The notes beneath the pieces are model-generated. The model was not told where the DNA came from and did no database searches. It was given only the letters and a program-made list of their open reading frames with translations. A program made the position numbers and the translations under genes. From Promethearchaeota archaeon (GTDB lineage Archaea; Asgardarchaeota; Lokiarchaeia; Sigyniarchaeales; SOKP01), in the NCBI GenBank assembly GCA_013375475.1, contig JABXKD010000031.1, positions 1-39,826 of the forward strand: a DNA stretch of 39,826 nucleotides, written 5' to 3'. Below are positions 8,944 to 18,223 of this stretch, one piece after another. Position 1 is the first letter of the stretch, and every line of letters begins with the position of its first letter.

Positions 8944-9807
8944 TTAGTCCCATAAACTTTCGATTTTTCTAACTTCCTTTTCGCTGGTTCGATGAGTTTT
9001 CCCTCTTTTAAGTATAATTACTATCAATATAGCTGCTATAGTAATACCAATGATTGTAAGCACTATTGGGTCTGTTAGGAATGCAATTAAGTCAAAAGGC
9101 GCTTGTACATTTTTATTTACCGTAATGCTATCGTATAAAGTTCTTCCAAGTGCATCGGTGGCATAGAAAACTATTGTTACTTTTCCGTTTGAAAGAGTAT
9201 TCCAGGTTGGTTGGTCAATAGTTATTACATTAGTTCCAGGAGTGGCTGAAAATTCGAATGTCCTGTTAACTCCTACAATAGTATACCATGTAATGTCGAG
9301 CGTCGCATCATTAATAGTTACAGTAATTTCTGGAGCGTTAATACCATATGTTGCATTACTAGAAGGATGCACAATATCAACTATTGGAAATGATATATCT
9401 TTGATAAGATTTATTGTGTTGAAATTGTTGAGGTCACCTGCGGTATCGTTAGCGAATAGTTCTATTGTGAACGGACCTTCGGGTAAAGCATCCCAGATCA
9501 ATAGATTTAATAGCTGATTGGAATTGTTAGCTAACATAATAGGTGAGTATGGGTTTATAACGTACCAAATCGAATCCAAATTTGCGTCGTTTACTATTAC
9601 ATTGATAAAAGGTCGAATTCCTACTACGGTATTATTTAGTGGCAGATTAATTAATATCGTCGGAGCCGAAGCTTTTGGGAAATCAATCTCATAATTGTAG
9701 GGTTCTTGATTAAGGTTATTCGAATTAATTGAAATGAACAAAAATGCGAATATACTAAATAAGACTAGCAATTGAAAATCTTTGTTTCTATCATTTTTTT
9801 TTTTCAT
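8944..9807 (-). CDS. Cell-surface protein with N-terminal signal/TM, two tandem Ig-like repeats and C-terminal TM anchor
   Basis: Internal duplication (APTILINLP..NDANLDSIWY..WDALPEG..FANDTAG versus FPIVDIVHP..NDATLDITWY..WNTLSNG..YATDALG); several N-x-S/T sequons; C-terminal TM and basic tail. Confidence 0.75.
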   Translation of the reverse strand: MKKKNDRNKDFQLLVLFSIFAFLFISINSNNLNQEPYNYEIDFPKASAPTILINLPLNNTVVGIRPFINVIVNDANLDSIWYVINPYSPIMLANNSNQLLNLLIWDALPEGPFTIELFANDTAGDLNNFNTINLIKDISFPIVDIVHPSSNATYGINAPEITVTINDATLDITWYTIVGVNRTFEFSATPGTNVITIDQPTWNTLSNGKVTIVFYATDALGRTLYDSITVNKNVQAPFDLIAFLTDPIVLTIIGITIAAILIVIILKRGKTHRTSEKEVRKIESLWD

Positions 9808-9997
9808 TAAGAAAACACTGGTTTTTATAAACGAATTTCTATTTAAGAAGAATTTAAGAAATTTAGCAATATTAATTTTGGCTTTTTAATTATCTAAACG
9901 TCATAATAATTTTGTCTATTAATTTTTACATGAGTAAAAACGATAAAATGATATCTAAAATAGAATTAGTTAAAAATAAAAATAACTAAAAAGAAAA

Positions 9998-10807
9998 TTA
10001 AACAGCAACAAATAACCTGCCATTAGTTTCTTTCTTAACGGTGTGATCTCCGCTATATTCAATAAATTTTCCTTTAATCACTTCTCCGTTTGGAAGCTGA
10101 ACTTCTTTGACTTCTCCTACTTTCTTATATGAGGGTAGAAGTCTTAAAACTTTTCCCTTGATTACTATGCTTCCCCAGGCTTGATCTGCTCCGGCACAAC
10201 GATCCACATTTCCCTCGACAACTATAGTTCCTCCATGGTTATGAACTCCCAAAAAGGATTCTGCGCTACCACAATATAGAGTTGGCCACTTATTTGCGGG
10301 TTTTGAACTCTTAGCCCAAAGCATGGATTCCACTCCTACCTTGCCTTTAACTTTAATAATACCGTTCTTCATACCCTGCCAAAAGCCTCTATAAGCGGAA
10401 CCAACGTAATGTCCGGCGTCTCCATTTATTTCAAGTTCGCCACCTTGGAGCATAGCACCAGCCCAATCATCAGCGTTTCCATGTACCACTATTTTTCCCC
10501 CCGACATATTGTTTCCTACATGCATTCCTACGGCACTATTTATCTCGATTTCTCCACCGGTCATTTTTTCGCCAATTCGCTTAACATTAGATAGATCACC
10601 ATCCATAATAATCTTAGTATTTGCAACCTCGGTTGATTTTCCAGACACATCAAAAAAATCGCCTATCTTTACCTTTTTTGTTGCATAATACAACGGTAGT
10701 TTTTTAATCTCAGCAACAGTTTTGCCAGCAAAGTTATCTGGGGTAATACTATCTGCTTCTAATGGGAATTCGAGCTTTTTCTTTATTTTTAATTTGATTT
10801 CGTCCAC
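9998..10807 (-). CDS. fwdC: Formylmethanofuran dehydrogenase subunit C
   Basis: PLEADSITPD, GDFFDV, GXGXG beta-helix repeats (GEKMTGG, GNNMSGG, GAMLQGG), GSAYRG. GTG start. Confidence 0.93.
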   Translation of the reverse strand: MDEIKLKIKKKLEFPLEADSITPDNFAGKTVAEIKKLPLYYATKKVKIGDFFDVSGKSTEVANTKIIMDGDLSNVKRIGEKMTGGEIEINSAVGMHVGNNMSGGKIVVHGNADDWAGAMLQGGELEINGDAGHYVGSAYRGFWQGMKNGIIKVKGKVGVESMLWAKSSKPANKWPTLYCGSAESFLGVHNHGGTIVVEGNVDRCAGADQAWGSIVIKGKVLRLLPSYKKVGEVKEVQLPNGEVIKGKFIEYSGDHTVKKETNGRLFVAV

Positions 10808-10810
10808 GAT

Positions 10811-12136
10811 TTATTCACCTAACTTCTCCCTTACTTTTTCAATTATTCTTTCTAAAATCTCATTGTCAGATAAACATTCTCCAGGTGCTTCTTTTACTTT
10901 TCTTAGTCTTAAAGGAACTTTATCCATTCGGTACGCAGTTCCTTCACATTCAATTCCCGCGATTGCTGCGGGTAATACGACATCTGCAAATTCGGAGGTT
11001 GGTGTTTTGTGTGGTTCAATTGCAATTAGAGGATGTTTAAATAAATTCTTTACTGATGCTGCGGGAAAATTACTTCCTGGATCAGAAGCGACGATTAAAG
11101 CAGCGTCAACTTCGTCCCGCATTAGAAGATCAACGGAAGAGAATTCTCCAGGGTTATAGCGAGGAAAACCTCGTGAAAAGTCGATAGAATAAGCATAGCC
11201 GGTGTTCCACAGGAACACTTGATTTGCGCCTGCGACATTGTAATGTCCACGCATTGGAATTAGAATGAATTTAGTATAATCATTTAATTCAGTAACTAAA
11301 CGTATAGCCGTATCTATGTTACGATGATGTGCTAAGCTCTGAGTTAAACCCATACCAAAGAAAATCACTCCAAAATTGCATGATTTTAAAGTCTCTACTA
11401 ACTCTTTAATATCCTCTATAGATACGCCGGAAACCTCCTTTACATCTAAATCGGATCCTCTTAAAACTGCCCGGATTGCTTGAATTAATTCGTAGTCTTC
11501 ATTAGGATTTACTTTAATATACTTATCTGCAATTTGTGCAGTATGAGTATATCTTGGATCAACAACTATTATATTTCTATCGTTCCTGCCATCAGTTCTA
11601 AAATAACCTCGAATAAAATCGCTATATCTGCTTAAGTGCCTTGGATGGGCATGAACTGGGTTTGATCCCCAAAAAATGATTGTATCTGCTCTGTTTTTAA
11701 TTTCTCCCAATGTAGATAAGGATGCTCCTACGTCTTGAATTGCGAGTAAACTAGGTCCGTGACAGACTGATGCTGTATTGTCTAAAAGTGCGTTTAACAT
11801 CTCTGCTAACTCAACACCTCTGCTTTGAGCTTCGCATTCTGTGCTGGAAAATCCATAAAGTAGCGGTCTTTGAGCGTCTACTAGGATATCAGCGGCTTTT
11901 TCGATAGCTTCGCCCCACGAAACCTCTACAAGTTCTCCATCTTTTCTAACTAACGGTTTTGTATATCGATGATCGCTAGGATTAGCAGCGAAATATTTCT
12001 TAGTACCAATTTGACAACCATTCCTGACTTCTACTACTTGATCCGTTTTTAAATCAACATCTACTTCAAGATCGTCGCAGAGAGTTCCACAAAATGGACA
12101 ACAAACATCCTTAATAGTTTTTACTTTTTCTACCAT
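10811..12136 (-). CDS. fwdB: Formylmethanofuran dehydrogenase subunit B (Mo/W-bisPGD), Cys form
   Basis: CPFCGTLCDD...C cluster motif, NTASVCHGPS, WGSNPVHAHPRH, PMRGHYNVAG, EGTAYRMD. Confidence 0.95.
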   Translation of the reverse strand: MVEKVKTIKDVCCPFCGTLCDDLEVDVDLKTDQVVEVRNGCQIGTKKYFAANPSDHRYTKPLVRKDGELVEVSWGEAIEKAADILVDAQRPLLYGFSSTECEAQSRGVELAEMLNALLDNTASVCHGPSLLAIQDVGASLSTLGEIKNRADTIIFWGSNPVHAHPRHLSRYSDFIRGYFRTDGRNDRNIIVVDPRYTHTAQIADKYIKVNPNEDYELIQAIRAVLRGSDLDVKEVSGVSIEDIKELVETLKSCNFGVIFFGMGLTQSLAHHRNIDTAIRLVTELNDYTKFILIPMRGHYNVAGANQVFLWNTGYAYSIDFSRGFPRYNPGEFSSVDLLMRDEVDAALIVASDPGSNFPAASVKNLFKHPLIAIEPHKTPTSEFADVVLPAAIAGIECEGTAYRMDKVPLRLRKVKEAPGECLSDNEILERIIEKVREKLGE

Positions 12137-12147
12137 AATTATCTCCT

Positions 12148-12543
12148 TTAAGCCTCTTTTAATTGTCCTATTAATTCTAGAGCATCCAATACTTTTCCAT
12201 TATTTACTACTTCTACTTTCGCTTGAATTCCTTTATAATTGGGAGTACCACATCCTTGAGAACTAGGATTTACAAGCTGATTTGCCCAAGGCCCCATTGG
12301 AATAAAAATAATACCAGGATGAGGTCCTTCTTCAGTTATTGTAGAGTATACTATGACCTCTCCATAATCTGTTATAACTTTAACTGGGGTTCCGACAATA
12401 CAATCAAGCTTTTTAAAATCATCAGCATCAAATGTGCAGATACCAGCAGCCCGAACGTTCTCTCTTGACACTTTTCCGCCTTCAAGAGCTACTCCTTGAC
12501 TTATAGTACGTCCAGTTAAAAGAATTAAGTTGTCCATACTCAT
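12148..12543 (-). CDS. fwdD: Formylmethanofuran dehydrogenase subunit D
   Basis: LLTGRTISQG, TDYGEV, FIPMGPWAN, GTPNYKG. Confidence 0.93.
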   Translation of the reverse strand: MSMDNLILLTGRTISQGVALEGGKVSRENVRAAGICTFDADDFKKLDCIVGTPVKVITDYGEVIVYSTITEEGPHPGIIFIPMGPWANQLVNPSSQGCGTPNYKGIQAKVEVVNNGKVLDALELIGQLKEA

Positions 12544-12544
12544 T

Positions 12545-13255
12545 CTATGCTTCCTCCTTTTTACTCCATCTTAATGTTTTCAATCTTTCTATTAAGGGTG
12601 GCCAATAACATTCTTCAAATTCTCCCGAACTATGAATTTCGGTTATTTCAAGAATTAAGGCCCCTGTCGGGCAGGCGTTGTCGCACGCACCACATGCTAC
12701 ACACGCGTCCTCGTCAACAACTTCTACATTTTTCGACATTTCCCATCCATGCTCAGCTCGTTTAGCAATTTCAATCGAACCTGATGGGCATACTTCAGCG
12801 CAGGATCCACATCCTTTCGCGCATTCTTCGTCAATAACTTTCACTTTTGCTTTAGCCCATTGTTTCGCGATTCTATCGTTTAACAATTTTTTAGTTTCAA
12901 ATTCTAGTGTTGGCATTACTTTTTGAGCAACAAGTGGGATATCTGCTAAATTAATAATTTCGCCATCTTTTTTCATGGTTAAAGCTCCAAAAGGGCAGCA
13001 ATAAACGCAAGTTCCGCAAAAGACACAAAGCTTAGGATCGTAAAGTTCTGGAATTATATCCTCTGTTGTGGGAAAACGACGCGACATACCTACTGGTCCA
13101 CGAGATATTGCTTCTTTGGGACATACTCTAGCGCATGTACCGCATCCGACACATTTTTCTCGGTTTAACACAAGCTCTAAATTTTCAGTAAGAAATTGAA
13201 CTTTAATAGCTTCCTCTTCTTTTGTTATTTTTCTCGATATTTTAGGAAACGACAT
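12545..13255 (-). CDS. fwdF: FwdF-like polyferredoxin with four [4Fe-4S] motifs
   Basis: CVGCGTCARVCP, CVFCGTCVYCCP, CAKGCGSCAEVCP, CVACGACDNACP; position in the fwd operon. Confidence 0.7.
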   Translation of the reverse strand: MSFPKISRKITKEEEAIKVQFLTENLELVLNREKCVGCGTCARVCPKEAISRGPVGMSRRFPTTEDIIPELYDPKLCVFCGTCVYCCPFGALTMKKDGEIINLADIPLVAQKVMPTLEFETKKLLNDRIAKQWAKAKVKVIDEECAKGCGSCAEVCPSGSIEIAKRAEHGWEMSKNVEVVDEDACVACGACDNACPTGALILEITEIHSSGEFEECYWPPLIERLKTLRWSKKEEA

Positions 13256-13257
13256 TT

Positions 13258-13515
13258 TTAATCTTTCTCCACATTTTCAATTCTAATTGCTACTTGAGGA
13301 CACATTTTTACACATACACCGCATCCGTCGCAATTAACTTCTCTCTCGTCGCTATAAATGGGTACCGCTATTCCGTTTTTAACAAGAATAACTGCGTTTG
13401 TTTCGTTTAAATAACTCATTTTTCTCAACTCGTTAAAATTAATAGGACAAGACACGACACACGCGTTGCACCCGGTGCATGTGTTTTTGTTTATTTTTAA
13501 TTCGTAGATTTGCAT
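13258..13515 (-). CDS. fwdG: FwdG-like 2[4Fe-4S] ferredoxin
   Basis: 85 aa; CTGCNACVVSCPIN and CDGCGVCVKMCP; first gene of the fwd operon. Confidence 0.7.
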   Translation of the reverse strand: MQIYELKINKNTCTGCNACVVSCPINFNELRKMSYLNETNAVILVKNGIAVPIYSDEREVNCDGCGVCVKMCPQVAIRIENVEKD

Positions 13516-13568
13516 GGTTTATTTACCCCTATTTAATAGAGTTAATACCTAATTCTCTAAATTCATAT

Positions 13569-13585
13569 ACAGATTCGGTATCTGT
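13569..13585. promoter_or_regulatory. Inverted repeat upstream of the fwd operon (candidate operator)
   Basis: ACAGAT-N5-ATCTGT between a TATA-like tract (~13594-13608) and the fwdG start. Confidence 0.3.
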
Positions 13586-13903
13586 TATTCGTTAATATAA
13601 TTATAAAATTAAATTAGATTTTAATTATGATATAAACTTACTTCTTAGAAGGAATTGTGTTTTAAAAAATTTAGTATACGATTTTAAAAGCTCGTCAACA
13701 AATAATTGTTTGAAAGTATTAGCAGAAGGTGGATTTGAAAAAATATTCAAAAAAAAAAAATTTTAGTAGAAATTTCGAGATTCTTAGAAATAGTTTTAAA
13801 CGCGTTCAGTTTTCTAAATCTTAAAATTAGGATTTATAACCTATATGTTTAAATATTTTAGGGCTAATTCAAAACTTAGTCGAAATAAATGAGGTTTAAA
13901 TAA

Positions 13904-15565
13904 ATGGTTCAAGATATATTCACCTTTTTAGTTGGAGGTAAAGCTGGAGAAGGTGTTAAAAAAGCAGGCTCTGTTGCAGCACACATTTTTTCAAGTTTAG
14001 GTCGTCACGTCTTTCAAATGGATGACTATATGAGTTTGATTCGAGGGGGGCATAACTTTTCAGTTGTAAGTACGTCAACAAGAAAGCTGACTAGTCAATA
14101 TATGAAAGCCGATCTTGTCGTCAATTTTGACAAGAGGAGCTGTGAAACTCATATGAACGACATCGCAGATAATGGGATAATGGTATATAATTCGGATGAG
14201 ATGGAAACTATTGAAGGAATCGGTATTCCGTTAAGTTCGGAGGCAGATAAGTATCCTATGAAAAAGCTTATGTACGGTGTAGGAGCCGTAGCAGTTTTAT
14301 CAAGTACAATTGGATTCAATAAAGATCAAATGAATAAGATAATTGGTACTCAATACCCTCGAGGAATTGAAGAAAATATTAAATTTGCAAGTAGTATTTA
14401 TGATATGGTAAAGGTCGGTTGTGAAAATAAATTCCCGTTAGAACATGGAGATAAAGAGAGAAAGATCATAACTGGAAACGAATCAATTTGTCTTGGGGCT
14501 TTAGCTGGTGGATTGAACGTGTATTATGGGTATCCAATGACCCCTGCTTCGACAATTTTGCATTTCCTTGCCAACCAAGCTGAAAATTTTGGATTAGCAG
14601 TTGTCCATCCTGAAAGTGAAATTGCCGTAATTAATTTAGCAGTAGGTTCTTCTTTTGCTGGAGCGAAAACAATGGTTGGCACAAGTGGTGGGGGATTCGC
14701 CCTTATGACCGAAGGATATTCTTTAGCAGGAATTACCGAAGCCCCCGTCTTAATTGTCTTATCTCAACGTCCGGGACCTGCTACCGGTGTTCCTACTTAT
14801 ACTGAACAAGCCGACCTATCGTTTGCTCTAACGGCGGGACATGGAGACTTTTTAAGGATAGTCGCATCTCCCGCTACAGTTGAAGAAGCTTTTTACTTAA
14901 CGACAGAAATGTTAGATTTAGTCTGGAAATTTCAAACTCCGGGTATTCTACTTACTGAGAAGCACTTATCTGAGAGCGCGATGACTGTAGATATTGATCC
15001 AACGAGAGCTAAGTGGGCGGAACCTATTCTTCATAGTGATGGTAAGTATAATAGGTACCTTGATACTAATGATGGTGTATCACCAATGTTTTTTCCTCCT
15101 TCGAATGAAGTCATCAAGTGGAATAGTTATGAACATGACGAATATGGAATTACAACGGAGGATGCAAAAATGATCGCTAAAATGCATGAAAAACGACATA
15201 AAAAAGTTGATGCGCTGTTAGAATATCTCAAAGATAAAGAAACTGTTAACATCATCCGGGGGAAGCATCCAACTAATATATTCGCATACGGATCGACTTA
15301 CATGAGCGTTTTAGAAGCGCTTAGGTATGGAAAATTAAATCCAACTATCGTTCAACCTATATTTTTAAGCCCATTACCTACTTGGGAATTAGAAGAATTC
15401 AAAGATCAAGAAAACATAGTTGTTGAACAGAGTATTTCTGGTCAATTCACCCAACTTTTATCAGGAAAGGCGGGTATAAATGTGAGAACGACTATTAAGC
15501 GCTACGATGGACGCCCATTTGATCCAATTGAATTATCCCATCAAATTAAGGAGGTGCTGAAATAA
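13904..15565 (+). CDS. korA: 2-oxoacid:ferredoxin oxidoreductase, fused gamma-alpha subunit
   Basis: GGKAGEG, SLIRGGHN, YYGYPMTPAS, ESEIAV, TSGGGFALM, QRPGPATGVPT. Confidence 0.92.
   Translation: MVQDIFTFLVGGKAGEGVKKAGSVAAHIFSSLGRHVFQMDDYMSLIRGGHNFSVVSTSTRKLTSQYMKADLVVNFDKRSCETHMNDIADNGIMVYNSDEMETIEGIGIPLSSEADKYPMKKLMYGVGAVAVLSSTIGFNKDQMNKIIGTQYPRGIEENIKFASSIYDMVKVGCENKFPLEHGDKERKIITGNESICLGALAGGLNVYYGYPMTPASTILHFLANQAENFGLAVVHPESEIAVINLAVGSSFAGAKTMVGTSGGGFALMTEGYSLAGITEAPVLIVLSQRPGPATGVPTYTEQADLSFALTAGHGDFLRIVASPATVEEAFYLTTEMLDLVWKFQTPGILLTEKHLSESAMTVDIDPTRAKWAEPILHSDGKYNRYLDTNDGVSPMFFPPSNEVIKWNSYEHDEYGITTEDAKMIAKMHEKRHKKVDALLEYLKDKETVNIIRGKHPTNIFAYGSTYMSVLEALRYGKLNPTIVQPIFLSPLPTWELEEFKDQENIVVEQSISGQFTQLLSGKAGINVRTTIKRYDGRPFDPIELSHQIKEVLK
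15550..15556 (+). promoter_or_regulatory. Shine-Dalgarno site for korB
   Basis: GGAGGTG 10 nt upstream of ATG 15567. Confidence 0.6.
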
Positions 15566-15566
15566 A

Positions 15567-16400
15567 ATGACATTTGAGACAAACGCTGAAATTACATGGT
15601 GCCCTGGATGTGGGAATTATGGGATTCGCACCGCTTTTCAGAACGCAGTCCTCGAATTAGAAAAGAAGGGTGTAAGAAGAGAAAATATCGTAATATCTTC
15701 AGGAATAGGTTGCCATGCGAAACTATTCGATTATGTGAACTTGAGCGGGATTTATGGATTACACGGTAGGAACAGTTCGAATGCCGAGGGAATAAAAATC
15801 GCAAATCCCGAATTAAAAGTAGTAACATTTTCTGGTGATGGAAACGGTTTAGGCGAGGGTTTAGCTCATACAGTTTATGCCGCTAAAAGAAATCAAGATA
15901 TTACATTGATCCTACATAATAATAATGTCTATGCATTGACTACAGGGCAATTCTCATCTTTGACTCCGCCAGGTTGGAGAGGTCCATCCACCCCTAGAGG
16001 GAGTTTTGAGATACCATTCAATGCAATATCGCTCATGATTGAAGTAGGAGCAACATTTGTCGCAAGAAGTTATGCTGGAGATATTAAACATTTGACTGAA
16101 ACCCTAATAAAGGCTATAGAACATGAGGGATTCTCTTTCATTGAAGTTCTCCAACCAGCAATGCCCTATCATAAATGGGAGGAATACAAAGATAAGATTG
16201 AATTATTAAGCGAGAAACCTAAATCAAAAGAAGAAGCTCTCGAGATTGCACATAAAGCACATCGATTTACAATAGGTATCTTTCATCAAGAAATTAGAGA
16301 AGTATACCATAAGGGTCTGTATGGGAATTTAAATCCTGTGAAAAACAGCATTTCGCGAAAAATAAGACTAGAAAAGATTAATGAAATTTTAAAATACTAA
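15567..16400 (+). CDS. korB: 2-oxoacid:ferredoxin oxidoreductase beta subunit (ThDP-binding)
   Basis: WCPGCG, SGIGC, LHGR, GDG-x(n)-NN, TGQ, GATFVAR. Confidence 0.92.
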   Translation: MTFETNAEITWCPGCGNYGIRTAFQNAVLELEKKGVRRENIVISSGIGCHAKLFDYVNLSGIYGLHGRNSSNAEGIKIANPELKVVTFSGDGNGLGEGLAHTVYAAKRNQDITLILHNNNVYALTTGQFSSLTPPGWRGPSTPRGSFEIPFNAISLMIEVGATFVARSYAGDIKHLTETLIKAIEHEGFSFIEVLQPAMPYHKWEEYKDKIELLSEKPKSKEEALEIAHKAHRFTIGIFHQEIREVYHKGLYGNLNPVKNSISRKIRLEKINEILKY

Positions 16401-16574
16401 TTTATTTCATTAAAATCCCATCTGAGCCCAAATTTAGAAGCTTCTATTGTTAATGCTGTGTAATATTTTAAAAACCCTACACACTTATGAGTAAACAGAA
16501 ACATATTAAAATTAAAATGTCATAAATATACATAAACAATTTAACTAAATAATATTAAAAAAAAATGATGAGAA

Positions 16575-18128
16575 ATGGTAAGAACAAAAGAACAGTACGT
16601 GAAAGATTTAGGTAGAATGAAACCAAATCTGTATTACGATGGAAGAGAATTCGATAGGTTGGATGATCTTCATACCCCCTGTCTAAATACGATAGGAGTT
16701 ACTTTCGATGCTTTCGATGATCCTGAATACAAAGATTTAGTTCAAGTAAAATCTCATCTTACTGGTGAAATAATTAGTCGATTTACACACATTCATCATA
16801 GTACTGACGACCTGCATAAAAAGCAAGATATGACGCGTAAATTGTGTCAAAAAACTGGTGGATGTATTCAGCGATGCATGGGATGTGACGCAGCAAACGC
16901 AATTTACAACGTTTCTTATGAGGCTGATAAATTAAATAAGGGAGAATCTCAATACCATGATAATTTTAAAAAATGGCTATTGAGATTTCAACAAGAAGAT
17001 TTAGTAGCAGCTGGGGCGCAAACTGATGTAAAAGGGGATCGAATTAAACGTCCAGCTGATCAGGCAGATCCTGATATGTACGTCCATGTTGTAGAAAAGA
17101 AGAAAGATGGAATTATAGTGGCCGGTTGTAAACTACACATTTCAGAAGCATCCGTTTCTGATGAACTACTAGTTATCCCAACAAGAGCACTAAGACCAGA
17201 AGATAAAGACTATGCCGTAGCGTTTGCGGTTCCTGCAGATTATGAGGGTGTGACCCAAGTGATTACTGTTCATAATCTCCGTAAAAGGGAGCATTTTCCT
17301 CGAGGTTTCATGCCAGGAGGTACGGATTCGTATATCATTTTTGACGATGTATTCGTACCCTGGGAAAGAGTCTTTTTATGTGGTGAAAACAACCATGGAG
17401 GCGCCCTCGCCTTACTGTTTGGTCTCTTTCACAGGCACAGTTATTCGGGATGTAAACCAGCAATTGGTGATATAGTCACGGGAACAGCAGCTTTGGCAGC
17501 GGAATATAACAATATCGCAAAAGCTTCCCATGTAAGGCATAAATTGGCCGAATTAATCATGGTTACCGAACTTGGGTACGCTGCGGGATATACTGCTTCT
17601 GATCTAGGAAAACCAGAAGTATACATGCCTGGTTTGGGTTTTATACCATATGGTCCCGGAAGTTTTATTCCTCACTCAATTTACGCCAATGTTGGAAGGT
17701 GTATAACTGGAGAAAATGTATTCCGTGAAGCTGAGATAATAACAGATATTTCGGGAGGTATTCCAGCAACATTTCCACACGAAGCTGATTTTGTTAATCC
17801 TAAATTAAAGGATAAACTCTATAAATATATTACCAGAAATCCAAAGATTGCACCTGAAAATGCAGCACAATTCTGGCGGTATGTTGGAGATGGGTTATGT
17901 TCAGCATCCGGAGGAATTAGTCTTGTTGGAGGTTACCATGGAGGAGGGAGCCCAGTTATGGAAGAAATAGCCATTACTACCCAGTACGATATAGAGGCTC
18001 GAAAAGAGATGGTAAAAAAAATCGCTGGTATAGATGATGAGTTAAATAAAAAAAGATTGAAAAATAATCATGGGAATACCACAAAATTGATTTCCCCTGA
18101 CCTAAGCAAAACGGTTTCAGAAAAGTAA
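16575..18128 (+). CDS. abfD: 4-hydroxybutyryl-CoA dehydratase (AbfD)-like FAD/[4Fe-4S] protein
   Basis: CIQRCMGCDA, QTDVKGDR, DPDMYVHVVE, FDDVFVPWERVF, HRHSYSGCK, HGGGSP. Cys/His cluster ligands are present, unlike in HpaB. Confidence 0.78.
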   Translation: MVRTKEQYVKDLGRMKPNLYYDGREFDRLDDLHTPCLNTIGVTFDAFDDPEYKDLVQVKSHLTGEIISRFTHIHHSTDDLHKKQDMTRKLCQKTGGCIQRCMGCDAANAIYNVSYEADKLNKGESQYHDNFKKWLLRFQQEDLVAAGAQTDVKGDRIKRPADQADPDMYVHVVEKKKDGIIVAGCKLHISEASVSDELLVIPTRALRPEDKDYAVAFAVPADYEGVTQVITVHNLRKREHFPRGFMPGGTDSYIIFDDVFVPWERVFLCGENNHGGALALLFGLFHRHSYSGCKPAIGDIVTGTAALAAEYNNIAKASHVRHKLAELIMVTELGYAAGYTASDLGKPEVYMPGLGFIPYGPGSFIPHSIYANVGRCITGENVFREAEIITDISGGIPATFPHEADFVNPKLKDKLYKYITRNPKIAPENAAQFWRYVGDGLCSASGGISLVGGYHGGGSPVMEEIAITTQYDIEARKEMVKKIAGIDDELNKKRLKNNHGNTTKLISPDLSKTVSEK

Positions 18129-18223
18129 TCAATATAAAATTATTTATTTTCTTTTTTAAAATTTTGATTTTTAAAAGTTGTAATTGTAAAAAATGCTAAA
18201 TATTGACCCTATAATTTTTTAAT

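Noticed and set aside
10722-11159. 145-aa + strand ORF and the other short antisense/nested ORFs in the track
   Set aside because: They overlap well-supported genes and have shadow-frame composition.
11762-11764. Possible selenocysteine in FwdB (FwuB type), given selenoproteins in Lokiarchaeia
   Set aside because: The metal-ligand codon is TGT (Cys), and no gene in the window appears interrupted by an in-frame TGA.
16575-18128. 4-hydroxyphenylacetate 3-monooxygenase (HpaB) call
   Set aside because: Fe-S ligand Cys/His residues of the AbfD branch are present, and the context is anaerobic.
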